A DNA stretch of 41,673 bases from a virus (Duplodnaviria; Heunggongvirae; Uroviricota; Caudoviricetes), in IMG/VR virus record IMGVR_UViG_3300006145_000006, positions 66,480-108,152 of that record, one strand, 5' to 3'. Shown piece by piece: positions 23,697 through 33,416 of this stretch. The notes under the pieces are model-generated. The model was not told the origin of the DNA. It saw only the letters and a list, made by a program, of their open reading frames with translations, and did not search any database. The first letter of the stretch is position 1. The number at the start of each line of letters is the position of its first letter. Position numbers and translations under genes: made by a program.

Positions 23697-24824
23697 ATGG
23701 GAAAGTTTAAGGATTTAACAGGTCAGAGATTTGGACGTTGGACCGTATTGCGTTTCCAGCGCAATGACAAAGGAGATCCTCGCTGGTTTTGCCGATGTGA
23801 TTGCGGAACCGAAAAATTGGTATCTGGCTCACATTTGCGGCTTGGGCACAGCACTTCTTGCGGATGTATAACGGCAGAAAAGGCGCGAAATCGCGGAATG
23901 GATTTATCTGGTAAAGTTTTTGGGCACTTAACAGTCAACAAAAGAGCTCCTGCAAGCAGTCAAGATGGTGTAGTGTGGGAGTGTAGTTGTGATTGCGGTA
24001 AACAATATTTACTATCTACAAGACAGTTAACTAGTCGCGGAGCATCCTCTGTATGCTGTAATGGGAAAGAACCTCACGATCCGAAAGTTATTGCCATGAG
24101 AAACGAAATGATTGGAAAACGTTTTGGATTTTTGACGGTTTTATACATTCAGTCGTCTAAAAATCATAGGGCCCTTGTCCATTGTCGTTGTGACTGCGGC
24201 AACGAGTGTGATATTAGAATGGATGTTCTGAAAAGGCAGAAATCACCGTCATGTGGATGCAGGTTTAAGGAATTACGACGTAACACTTTTGATGAAAAGA
24301 GAAAGAATCTGCTTGGGGAACGCTTTGGAAGACTTGTTGTCGAATCCGGATTTTATCGAGGCAATGAGTACATATGGAAATGTAGGTGTGATTGTGGCGA
24401 AAGCGTAGAGGCAAACACATCAGAATTGCTAAATAATCGCAAGATGTCGTGTCCAAAATGCACCATGTCGAATGGTGAAACGAAGATTAGTAACTTGTTA
24501 TCTGAGCATGGCATTAATTTCACCTATAATACTTCGTATATGAATTGCCGCTTCCCAGATACTCATTATCTTGCTAAATTCGATTTTATTGTTGCTGATA
24601 ATTATATAATCGAGTATGATGGATCACAGCATTTTGTCGGATTTTGGTCTGATGCATTCTCCGGCGAGACATTAGAGCGGAGAATATGGAAAGATAACTA
24701 CAAAAATCAGTTCTGTTTTAACCACCATATTCCAATTATCCGCATACCATATACGCACTACAACGACTTGTGCTTTGAGGACTTAGTCCCAGAGACGAGT
24801 CCTTTTTTATTACAGCCAGATTGA
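23697..24824 (+). CDS. Free-standing homing-endonuclease-like protein (repeated G.RFG.L.V / C.CDCG modules plus a PD-(D/E)XK, DUF559-like nuclease)
   Basis: Four C.CDCG repeats; C-terminal FDF...IIEYDGSQH...D..K...IPIIRIPY. More AT-rich than its flanks. Confidence 0.75.
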   Translation: MGKFKDLTGQRFGRWTVLRFQRNDKGDPRWFCRCDCGTEKLVSGSHLRLGHSTSCGCITAEKARNRGMDLSGKVFGHLTVNKRAPASSQDGVVWECSCDCGKQYLLSTRQLTSRGASSVCCNGKEPHDPKVIAMRNEMIGKRFGFLTVLYIQSSKNHRALVHCRCDCGNECDIRMDVLKRQKSPSCGCRFKELRRNTFDEKRKNLLGERFGRLVVESGFYRGNEYIWKCRCDCGESVEANTSELLNNRKMSCPKCTMSNGETKISNLLSEHGINFTYNTSYMNCRFPDTHYLAKFDFIVADNYIIEYDGSQHFVGFWSDAFSGETLERRIWKDNYKNQFCFNHHIPIIRIPYTHYNDLCFEDLVPETSPFLLQPD

Positions 24825-24836
24825 AGGTGAATCATC

Positions 24837-26018
24837 ATAGAGGATATCAAATCTTTTATTCCAAGGCTCTTAAATATGCTGGAAGAACACAAGGATCCAC
24901 AAAGTAGTCTCAACTGGGCCGATATTACATTAGAACTTAATAAGGCACTGGGGACAAATTACGACTACAACACAGTTCGTAAGGGGAATTTTCTCTTAGA
25001 CTTCATTATGAGCAACGGTTATTCGCTCCAGCCGAATGATACAGATGATAGAATCATGAATAATACATATGTCCAGCGCAAGCTGGATGCCGAAAAGGCT
25101 ATAGTGAAGCTCCGGGACGAACGCAATGAGCTCGCTCGTATACAGAGGGAACTCGCGCGCCGGGAGTCCGTTGTGGATATTGTCCGGGAGATGCTTCACA
25201 CCGAGGTCACCCCTCTGCCTGGGTATGTGCCACACAACGCAGAGACCAGCGACGCGGATCTTATTGTTCATTTGACAGACATACATGCCGGCATTGAGAT
25301 CAGCAACTATTGCAACGAATACAGCTCCGAGGTGATGCACCAGCGGCTGGATGTCTATCTGGACAAAATCAGAGAAATCGCGCTCCGACACCGCGCGGAG
25401 AATTGCCATGTGCTTCTTGGCGGGGATCTCATCTCCGGAGCGATCCACTCCACCATCCGAATTGAAAACCAGATGGACGTGATTCGTCAGCTCAAGCTTG
25501 TTTCCATGGAAATCGGACGGTTTGTGTCTGAGCTGAGCCGGATGTTTGGCGGCGTGGAGGTCTACTCGGTGGCTGGCAACCACAGCCGGCTGTCTCCCAA
25601 CAAGGCAGACCATCTCAAGGGTGAGAATCTGGACACCCTGGTCCCCTTCTATTTGACCGCCCTTCTCCAGAACTATGAAAACGTACATATCCACGAAGAG
25701 AACGTTGAGGAGAGCGTAGCCATGTTCAGCGTTCGGGGACAACGGGTGTTTGGTGCCCACGGTGATAAGGACACACCGGAGAATGTGGTACAACGATTGA
25801 CCATGATGTTTGGCGTTAAGCCTGATATTGTGATGCTTGGCCATCGTCATACGAACGGGATGAAGACGGTATACGACTCGAAGGTCATTGAGAGCGGCTG
25901 TGTAAGTGGGCCGGACAACTACTGTATGGATCACCGCCTCCGCAACAAACCGGAGCAGGCAGTCCTGGTTGTGTCCGACAATGGGCTGGAATGTCTTTAT
26001 GATGTAAAGCTGGATTAA
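24837..26018 (+). CDS. Calcineurin-like metallophosphoesterase (YonJ-like) with an N-terminal coiled coil
   Basis: DIH, GD, GNH, H.D and GHRH motifs. The start may be ATA 24837 behind GAAGGTGA; otherwise ATG 24876. Confidence 0.85.
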   Translation: MEDIKSFIPRLLNMLEEHKDPQSSLNWADITLELNKALGTNYDYNTVRKGNFLLDFIMSNGYSLQPNDTDDRIMNNTYVQRKLDAEKAIVKLRDERNELARIQRELARRESVVDIVREMLHTEVTPLPGYVPHNAETSDADLIVHLTDIHAGIEISNYCNEYSSEVMHQRLDVYLDKIREIALRHRAENCHVLLGGDLISGAIHSTIRIENQMDVIRQLKLVSMEIGRFVSELSRMFGGVEVYSVAGNHSRLSPNKADHLKGENLDTLVPFYLTALLQNYENVHIHEENVEESVAMFSVRGQRVFGAHGDKDTPENVVQRLTMMFGVKPDIVMLGHRHTNGMKTVYDSKVIESGCVSGPDNYCMDHRLRNKPEQAVLVVSDNGLECLYDVKLD

Positions 26019-26052
26019 CGAATTTCAATAGCATAGTCAGGAGGTGGTTGTA

Positions 26053-27042
26053 GTGGCACAGAAAAGTCCTTTAATTCGGTTTTATGATGAGGATAAGCTA
26101 AAAAAGATCAACCCGGAGACAATGAAGTTCTGGCAAAAGTACCGCATCGATATGGAACTGCGAGACTTGAGCGAGAAAACGATTGCCGGATACTACAACG
26201 ACCTCCAGCACTGGTGGATCTTCGTCTATGACAATCAGGGCAATCAGTGCGTAACAGATTTGACTGAGGACGACTTGACTGAATTTCTGTATTTTTGCAA
26301 AACTCAGGGCAACAATTCCCGCAGGATGAAGCGGAGGATGTCCTCCATCTCGGCCTTTTATAAGTTCTTGCGAAAGAAGAAGCTCATCAGCGAGAATCCC
26401 ATGGAGTTCATAGATCGCCCAAAGAAGGATGTGGACGTGCTGGTGCAGACTTACCTCACGCCGGAGCAGGTTGGTCAGATGCGTGAGGCACTGTCTTCCA
26501 ATATTGACACGGCCACTACCGACCGGGCTAAGAATGCCGCACTCACTTTACGGGTCTATGCCCTGTTTTCCCTGTCTACGATGGCTCGGGTAACGGCCAT
26601 TAGCAACACCCGATGGGAACAAATCGACCTTGACGAACGAACGGTCAATGAAGTGATTGAGAAAGAGGGCTATATTGTAGACCTTGGGTTCTCCGAGGAG
26701 GTCTCGGGTCTGCTATCCGAGCTGAGACGGTTCCGGCAGGAGCACAACATTGATGATGGTGGGTTCGTGTTCTATTCAGACCACGGAAGTCAAATTGACG
26801 CCATCGATACCGGTTCTCTAAACGAGTGGTGTAAAAAGATTGGGCGCATGATTGATGTTCCCACCCTCCATCCACACGATTTTCGGCACAGCGGGGCAAC
26901 CTTGCTTAAAAACGCTGGCATGAGTCTTGAGGATGTTAGTGCTTTGTTAAACCATGCAGGGACAGATGTTACTAAGAAGTACTACATCAAAGAGGATAAG
27001 AGCAAACTCAAGAAGGCAAAAGACCAGTTTGAAACCTTCTAA
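26053..27042 (+). CDS. Tyrosine recombinase (XerC/D-like) with intact catalytic residues
   Basis: SAM-like N-domain (SS.SAFYKFL), R in MARV, HDFRH, LNH and the C-terminal Y (TKKYY). GTG start behind AGGAGG. Confidence 0.9.
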   Translation: MAQKSPLIRFYDEDKLKKINPETMKFWQKYRIDMELRDLSEKTIAGYYNDLQHWWIFVYDNQGNQCVTDLTEDDLTEFLYFCKTQGNNSRRMKRRMSSISAFYKFLRKKKLISENPMEFIDRPKKDVDVLVQTYLTPEQVGQMREALSSNIDTATTDRAKNAALTLRVYALFSLSTMARVTAISNTRWEQIDLDERTVNEVIEKEGYIVDLGFSEEVSGLLSELRRFRQEHNIDDGGFVFYSDHGSQIDAIDTGSLNEWCKKIGRMIDVPTLHPHDFRHSGATLLKNAGMSLEDVSALLNHAGTDVTKKYYIKEDKSKLKKAKDQFETF

Positions 27043-27047
27043 GCCTG

Positions 27048-27065
27048 ATAAAACCTATATTTTAT
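27048..27065. repeat. Exact ATAAAA-N6-TTTTAT copy directly after the tyrosine recombinase stop
   Basis: ATAAAA CCTATA TTTTAT. Further right-arm copies lie at 39925 (ATGAAA TCAAAA TTCTAT) and 41610 (GTAAAA CCGCTC TTTTAT). Confidence 0.85.
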
Positions 27066-27153
27066 GGTCCTGCCAAGTCGAAGGCTTGCGTTCCTACGCG
27101 GGGTATTGATGTAGGCTTGGTGGGATTATTTTATATTGCCTGGGGGTGAGCTG

Positions 27154-28272
27154 ATGGCTGGACGGCCGGCAGGCTCCAAAAACAAGACGCCCCCTAAAAT
27201 CAATACGGACAACCTCCCCCCTCTTTACAAGTGTACGGAGTGCGGCAAAGTGGTACAGGCCCCGAAAGGGGTCTTTTTCATGTCCAAGCAGTCCGGCATG
27301 TACGACGGGAACGAGGGATATTCCCATCTGTGCGCCGAATGCACCAATAAGCGGTACGAAAACTATAAGGCCAAGCTGAAGGACGAGCGGTTGGCTTTGA
27401 TCCTCACCTGTGCCTCCATCGGCGTCTACTTTTCTGATGAGCTGTACGCCTCCGTGAAGGGGAATGTGGACTCGGTGCGGTTTGGAGATTTTATCAAGGC
27501 CCTGAATGGGACCCAGTACCGCTCCAAGAACTTTGCCACATTTCTCATCAACATCCTGCAAGACCAGGAGCAGCTCAGAGGCGGCTCCGAACTTCGGGAG
27601 GAGCGGGAGACAAAGTGGAAGCAGGCGGACCGCAAGAACAAGAAATATGTACTGGAAACCGTGGGCTATGACCCCTTCAACGATGACTCCTACACCGATG
27701 AGAACCGAAAGTTTCTGTTCAACACCCTGTCCGACTACCTGACCGACGAGGTCATCGAGGATCCCCACAAAATGCAGAGTGTGATCGCCCTGGTGAAGAC
27801 CACCCTCCAAAAGGAGAGCGTGGACAGCATGATAAACCTGGAGCTTCGGAAGGCCCATCCAGATTACGCTACCATCAAGCAGCTTACCGACATCAAGGAC
27901 AAGCTGGGGGCTGACATTATCAAGACGGCCAAGGACAACGGCATTTCCGCCGCCGCAAACGGCAAGTCCGGCAAGAGCAGCAATGCTCTGACGGCCATTA
28001 TGAAGGAGATGGCGGAGAACGGCTTTGAAGAAATCAAGGTCAATGTGATAGATGCTAAGATGTCGTCCTCCTACAAAGAGGTGGCAGAGCAGAACGCCAG
28101 AGCCCTCATCAACGAGCTTGGATTCACCCAGGATGACTATGCCCGTATGCTGGGGGAACAGTCCGAGATGGCCCGCAAGCTCCAGGAGAGTCTGGATAAG
28201 GCCCAGGAGGAGCTACGGCTGGCGAAGAAGGCTCTGAAGGAGGAGCATGAGAAGGGGCGGAGTAAGAAGTGA
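27154..28272 (+). CDS. Zn-finger/coiled-coil protein upstream of terminase (candidate small terminase)
   Basis: GRP AT-hook-like start, CxxC...CxxC, overlap with terL. The function is inferred from synteny only. Confidence 0.5.
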   Translation: MAGRPAGSKNKTPPKINTDNLPPLYKCTECGKVVQAPKGVFFMSKQSGMYDGNEGYSHLCAECTNKRYENYKAKLKDERLALILTCASIGVYFSDELYASVKGNVDSVRFGDFIKALNGTQYRSKNFATFLINILQDQEQLRGGSELREERETKWKQADRKNKKYVLETVGYDPFNDDSYTDENRKFLFNTLSDYLTDEVIEDPHKMQSVIALVKTTLQKESVDSMINLELRKAHPDYATIKQLTDIKDKLGADIIKTAKDNGISAAANGKSGKSSNALTAIMKEMAENGFEEIKVNVIDAKMSSSYKEVAEQNARALINELGFTQDDYARMLGEQSEMARKLQESLDKAQEELRLAKKALKEEHEKGRSKK

Positions 28273-30107
28273 GCCTGAGTATCATTGTCCGCCCCGGGTG
28301 TAAGGAGGTATCTCAGCGCAAGCTGGAGGTCTATGACAAGTATTGTCAGGTGATCCAGTGGGGGCGGGCGCATCCCGTCAAGTTTTGTAGCCGCTTTATG
28401 GGCGTTGAGCTGCTGGACATGCAGGCATATGTCATTGGAAACACCTGGCCTGTCGACTTTGCCCTGTGGCTGGAGTCCAGAAATGCGGGAAAAAGTACAA
28501 AATTGGCTGTTTACACCATGCTTCGTAGTCTGCTCATCCCCCTTCATGCCACCTACTTCTTAGGTAACAGCGGCGCACAGGCAAAGGAGACCTACTCCAA
28601 GATCGAGAAAATCGCCAAGAAGGAGATCGAGTCCTTTACCGGCAGCACCGATGTGTTCATGGAGGAGATCCTGCGCAGCGGTCCCACGGGGGACGGGTTT
28701 ACCCACAGCCCGGAGTCCTTCACATTCAAGCTGTTCAACGGTTCAACAGTGAACACCCTGAACAGCGACATCACCAATATCAAGGGAAAGCGTGCCAACC
28801 TGGTGTGCTTTGATGAGGCCGGGTGGTTCAGCGATGAGCTATTCGTGCAGGCGGAGCAGTTCGTCAACCAGGATGAGAACTTCAAGCTGGGCGGCAACAT
28901 CGATCTGACTTTGGAACCGAAGGGCTTTCCCCGTCAGCTTCTCTACGCCTCCTCCGCCAGCGACACCAGTTCGGAGTTCTATAAGAAGTTCCGTAATTTC
29001 TCGGAGCGGATGCTGATGGGGGATACCAAATACTTTGCCTGTAACATCGACATCGACACGGTGATGAAAGCCAAGTTCAAGGGTAACCCCTACCCTCCCC
29101 TGCTCAGCCAGGATAAGGTGGATAAAGCACTGGCCGACAACAAGGAGAAGGCGCTCCGGGAACTTTACAACAAGTTCTCAGCGGACAGCCACGAGGGGCA
29201 GATCCTCACCAGGCGTGACTTGCGGCAGTGTACGGAAAACCGCCCGCCGCTGCTGTTCAACGATACTGGCAACCGACTGTTTATGCTGGCGTGGGACTCC
29301 GCTCGCCTGAACGATAACAGCGTGATCGGTGTCGCTGAACTTCGCAATGATCCGGACAAGGGCTGGTGCATGGACCTTCATAATGTGGTGAGCCTTGTGG
29401 ACGTGGATGCCAAAAAGAGGACCCCCATGATATTGCCGGAACAGGTAAGCCGCTTCCAGGAGTTGCTGTTGGCTTATAATGGAAGTGAGTTTCAAAAGTT
29501 GGACTATGAGAATATCCAAGCGGTCGTCTGTGATTCCGGCGCCGGTGGGCAGATGATAGGCGGCGTGTCCGATTATATGTTGGCGGACTGGGTGGACAAA
29601 AACGGCAACACCCACCGCGGCATTATCGATAAAAGCCATAAAGCCAATGAAACATCGCAGTACAAATACGAGAATGCAATAGACATTATGAAGCTGGTAG
29701 ATCCAAGAGCACACCGCAATGAGATTTTTGATGCCGCTGAAAAAATGGTCAAATTGGGTGTTGTCACCTTCCCGGCCGACTGGGATGGGAAAGACGAGCT
29801 GGTTCGTATTTTGGATGACGGCACCGAGGACAGATATACGTTATCTCCCGATGAGCGAGTTGCCCTGGGCCAAATTGAGCTTCTGAAGACAGAAATCATC
29901 ACGATGTGCAAAACCAGCAGCAACGGGAATATATCCTATAATTTCCCGCCAGACAAGCGCAACACCATGCACGATGACCGTGCGTTTATGTTCGGTCTTC
30001 TCTGTTGGTATCTGGCTGTGTTGCGCCGGGGGCAAATTATCAATAGAACAGACAATGATGATAGCTTCGAAAATGCGCAAAGCTGTGTCAGTTCCATTTC
30101 TTACTAA
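28269..30107 (+). CDS. terL: Terminase large subunit
   Basis: Walker A-like SRNAGKS, Walker B VCFDEAG, nuclease acidic residues (WDSAR, DSG, HDDR). Confidence 0.85.
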   Translation: MSLSIIVRPGCKEVSQRKLEVYDKYCQVIQWGRAHPVKFCSRFMGVELLDMQAYVIGNTWPVDFALWLESRNAGKSTKLAVYTMLRSLLIPLHATYFLGNSGAQAKETYSKIEKIAKKEIESFTGSTDVFMEEILRSGPTGDGFTHSPESFTFKLFNGSTVNTLNSDITNIKGKRANLVCFDEAGWFSDELFVQAEQFVNQDENFKLGGNIDLTLEPKGFPRQLLYASSASDTSSEFYKKFRNFSERMLMGDTKYFACNIDIDTVMKAKFKGNPYPPLLSQDKVDKALADNKEKALRELYNKFSADSHEGQILTRRDLRQCTENRPPLLFNDTGNRLFMLAWDSARLNDNSVIGVAELRNDPDKGWCMDLHNVVSLVDVDAKKRTPMILPEQVSRFQELLLAYNGSEFQKLDYENIQAVVCDSGAGGQMIGGVSDYMLADWVDKNGNTHRGIIDKSHKANETSQYKYENAIDIMKLVDPRAHRNEIFDAAEKMVKLGVVTFPADWDGKDELVRILDDGTEDRYTLSPDERVALGQIELLKTEIITMCKTSSNGNISYNFPPDKRNTMHDDRAFMFGLLCWYLAVLRRGQIINRTDNDDSFENAQSCVSSISY

Positions 30108-30121
30108 GGGAGGTGAGTGGA

Positions 30122-31708
30122 TTGCCGGAAAAAGAATCGTTTACCGTTGCCATTGCCTCTCAGCCGGATGAGGAAACCGTTATTCTGACTACAGCGGAGC
30201 AGATTGACGAGTTATCGCAGGAGCGTATGCTTGCCGCATTGCAGGTATATGACAACTCCAAGCCTCAGTCCGGGGTGACCTTTAGCGAGCCGTCCTCCAA
30301 TACGGCCCTGACTGTGGACCGGATCAAGGAGCTGGCCGTCGGGGTCAATTCGTCCCTCTCTAATGTTCTGGAGATCAACCGCTTTGTGAAGCAGTATATC
30401 TCCATCGATGATATTCTCGGCGCAACCCATACGGCCATACAGTCCAATATCAACACAGATTACAGGCTGACCTATGGTGACACCGAGGGGAGGAACAAGC
30501 AAAAGCAGCTCCAGAAGGCAAAACAAATCGTGGAACAGTTCAACCGGGCCGTACATATCCGAAGGGTAATCTTCCACGCCATTGACCAAACCGCAATGGA
30601 GGGCAATTATATCATGTACCTGCGGACAGACGGACCGTCCGCCGTAATCGATACATGGCCCCTGGGGATAGCAGAGATCAGCGAGTATACCATGAACGGC
30701 GACCCCATCGTGCAGATCAACCTGGACGAGTTTAAGTCCCGTCTGCGTAAGACCTATACAAAAGACCGCAAGGGCAGGGCTCTATACTTTGAAAATCTCG
30801 ACAAGGAAGTGCAAGCTAACTTCCCGCCGGAGGTTTACAAGGCCTTCAAGGACGGCGAGAAATACGCAAAGCTGGATGTAGCGCGGACCGGGGTACTTCG
30901 TATCAACAACTTTGGCGGAAGGTATGGCGTGAGCCACTTCTTCAAGGCTCTGAAGCCGACAGTACGGTTGGATGACATTGAAAACGCAGACAGCGTGAAC
31001 GATAAGGCCAAGGCAAAGAAAATCATTGTCCAGCTTCTCAACAAGGAGGTCATGGGCAACGACTATAACCGTAAGGGCTTTGAGTTCGCGGCCTATGCCC
31101 ATAAGGAACTGATGGGGGCGTGGAAGAATTCCACCGTCCTTTATACCGCCATCCCCGCCGTTAGGTCGGTGGAATATGTGGAGCCAAAGGTGGAAAGCAC
31201 TCCTGTGGAGAAAATCAACACCTACCGCAACGAAAAGATGGTAGCCCTGGGGGTATCATACTCCGATCCATCTTTGGGAAGCGTGTCCGCCGCCAACATC
31301 TCCCTTAAGCAGCTTATGAAGACCATCGACTCAATCGCCGACCAACTCTCCGATGTGTTCCGCAAGTTCTACAGGGTCATGCTGGAGGAGAATGGCGTGG
31401 AGGAGATCTACTGTCCCGATATTCGAGTGTTGGACAGCGATCAGATGGAGTGGGAGGTCAAGAAATCTCTTGTAGAGTTGCTGTTCTCCAAGCTGAATCT
31501 CAGTCATGAGACCTGCCTTGAGCTGCTCGGGATGGACGCCGATGACGAATTTGCAAAGAGACAGGCCGAGAACGACGCAGAATTTGATAAGACCTTCTTC
31601 CCGAGGCAATCCCAGTATACGTCCAGCGGAGACAGCCCAGGCGGTCGCCCGGCGGACAGCAACGACCCGGACAAGCAGTCCTATGATAAAGAGAGGTCAA
31701 AGACATGA
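30122..31708 (+). CDS. Portal protein
   Basis: Follows terL; about 530 aa with portal-like layout. TTG start behind GGAGGTG. Confidence 0.75.
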   Translation: MPEKESFTVAIASQPDEETVILTTAEQIDELSQERMLAALQVYDNSKPQSGVTFSEPSSNTALTVDRIKELAVGVNSSLSNVLEINRFVKQYISIDDILGATHTAIQSNINTDYRLTYGDTEGRNKQKQLQKAKQIVEQFNRAVHIRRVIFHAIDQTAMEGNYIMYLRTDGPSAVIDTWPLGIAEISEYTMNGDPIVQINLDEFKSRLRKTYTKDRKGRALYFENLDKEVQANFPPEVYKAFKDGEKYAKLDVARTGVLRINNFGGRYGVSHFFKALKPTVRLDDIENADSVNDKAKAKKIIVQLLNKEVMGNDYNRKGFEFAAYAHKELMGAWKNSTVLYTAIPAVRSVEYVEPKVESTPVEKINTYRNEKMVALGVSYSDPSLGSVSAANISLKQLMKTIDSIADQLSDVFRKFYRVMLEENGVEEIYCPDIRVLDSDQMEWEVKKSLVELLFSKLNLSHETCLELLGMDADDEFAKRQAENDAEFDKTFFPRQSQYTSSGDSPGGRPADSNDPDKQSYDKERSKT

Positions 31709-31884
31709 CCTATATAGATACTGTGTGTCCGTGTTGCGGCAAGACAATTCAGGTTCAGATATCGGGCGGCACCGTAACTGGTGCCGCTTTTGATATATAT
31801 TCAGACGATTTGAAGGCCAAGTTGACGCAGCGAGGTCTGGAATTCGGCGTGACGGGGGGAGGTGAAACCAAGGATGGAGAATGA
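31705..31884 (+). CDS. Small CPCC zinc-ribbon-like protein (59 aa, not in ORF track)
   Basis: ATGA overlap with the portal stop; MTYIDTVCPCCGKTIQVQISGG... Confidence 0.65.
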   Translation: MTYIDTVCPCCGKTIQVQISGGTVTGAAFDIYSDDLKAKLTQRGLEFGVTGGGETKDGE

Positions 31885-33394
31885 AAGAATCCTTCTTTCC
31901 GGCACACCGATTGAAATTGCTGACTTCAAGGAATATAAACTGGCGACTTTTCTTATCAGTGTATGCGATGAGCCTGACCTTGAGGGGCGCATTATCCCAA
32001 AGGAGTCGGCGGACTTGTATCACTCGTCCATTGTGGGCTTTCCTATTGTAGCAAAGTTGGTGCGCAACACCGCTGGTGAAGCAGTAGATTTTGCTGGACA
32101 CGAGATGTATCTTGTCAAGAACGAAAAGGGCAAGAAAGAAGTCAGGTTCGGTACTCACCCTATTGGCTCTGTGGTAAAGAGCTGGACAGAAGACAGGGAG
32201 GTGGCCGGATATGTTGGCAAAAAGCACTGTGTGATGATCCAGGCAAAGCTGTGGTCCACACGCTATCCGGAGTACTTCAAGGTGCTGGATAAGCTGTGGG
32301 CCTCCAACAACGTGAAAAGCTCTTGGGAGATCGCTGTGTCTGAGGTAGTTCAGACAGCAAAAGGCAGGATCCTCAAGGCTTTTTCTTTTATTGGAAACGC
32401 ACTGTTGGGCTCCAGCGTCATCGGTGCCGTCCCGGGTGCCGGTGTCTATGAGTATGCCCAAAAGACTGACGATGGCAACAATCCTGAGTTTGAGCTTGCT
32501 ATGGCTCTGAGTCAGGATGTTGCTGTCTCCAACAACCAAAGAAAGGAGGGGGATGCTGATATGGAGAAAGAGAAGAATACCCCTGTGGAAGAGGCCGAAG
32601 AGAAGGAGCAGGTTGCTCCCGCCACCGAGACTTCTGCCGGCGAGGCAGATACGGAAAGCACTTCCGACGAGAACCAGAATGGCGATAACGGCAATAGCGA
32701 GAACGCTCCCGAGAATGAAGATAATGCCGAGACCGCCTCTTTGACCGATTGGGACATCAAGGAGAAAATCGAAGGGGCACACCGCGCTAAGACCTCTCAG
32801 TGGTGCTGGGTCTGCTGGCTCTTCCCTGCCGAGAATAAGGCGTGGATCCGGGATGAGACCTGCCAGTCTGATACCGACTATATTCAGGTTGAATATGCGG
32901 TGGATGGCGACGAGGTCACGATTATTTCTGAAACCGCCTGTAAGCTGACTGTCTCCGTCGCAGAGGTCAACGATGCTATTGCTGCCCGGGATGACGCCAT
33001 CGCTAAGGCCAACGCCCAGATCAATGACCTCACTGCCGAGGTTGCCGAGCTGAAGCCCTACAAGGATGCCGCCGACAAAGCAGAGCAGGAACGCATTGAG
33101 CAGGAGACTGCCGAGAAGCGGCAGGCGTTTAAGGCCGAGATGGTGAAGACCAAGCTGTTTACTGAAGAGGAAATTGAGACCTCCGAGGCTCTGATGGCTA
33201 TGGTCAACAACATGGACGAAGCCGCCTTTAAGGCAGAGGTTGCTGAGCGGTTCATCAAGAACATGCAGAACAGCACTGAAACCGAGACCGCAGAAGTAAA
33301 GACTGAGGCCGCCGTTGTGCGGCACGATCTGTCCGGCAATGACAGCAAGGTGGACAACGCCACTTTTATGCGTCATCTGCTGGGCAGGGACTAA
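31874..33394 (+). CDS. Prohead protease/scaffold
   Basis: N-terminal protease-like domain (SSWEI), acidic linker and coiled-coil C-terminus, between portal and capsid. Confidence 0.7.
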   Translation: MENERILLSGTPIEIADFKEYKLATFLISVCDEPDLEGRIIPKESADLYHSSIVGFPIVAKLVRNTAGEAVDFAGHEMYLVKNEKGKKEVRFGTHPIGSVVKSWTEDREVAGYVGKKHCVMIQAKLWSTRYPEYFKVLDKLWASNNVKSSWEIAVSEVVQTAKGRILKAFSFIGNALLGSSVIGAVPGAGVYEYAQKTDDGNNPEFELAMALSQDVAVSNNQRKEGDADMEKEKNTPVEEAEEKEQVAPATETSAGEADTESTSDENQNGDNGNSENAPENEDNAETASLTDWDIKEKIEGAHRAKTSQWCWVCWLFPAENKAWIRDETCQSDTDYIQVEYAVDGDEVTIISETACKLTVSVAEVNDAIAARDDAIAKANAQINDLTAEVAELKPYKDAADKAEQERIEQETAEKRQAFKAEMVKTKLFTEEEIETSEALMAMVNNMDEAAFKAEVAERFIKNMQNSTETETAEVKTEAAVVRHDLSGNDSKVDNATFMRHLLGRD

Positions 33395-33416
33395 AAACTA
33401 AAGGAGGAAATGAATT

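Noticed and set aside
23596-24876. Possible group I intron around the endonuclease gene
   Set aside because: No flanking gene is split, and I could not identify P/Q/R/S core elements.
31697-33376. 559-aa minus-strand ORF, and similar long antisense ORFs at 16096..17016, 24996..25934, 27094..27858, 33881..34627 and 38891..39868
   Set aside because: They are shadows of strongly codon-biased genes on the opposite strand, with no RBS or recognisable motifs.
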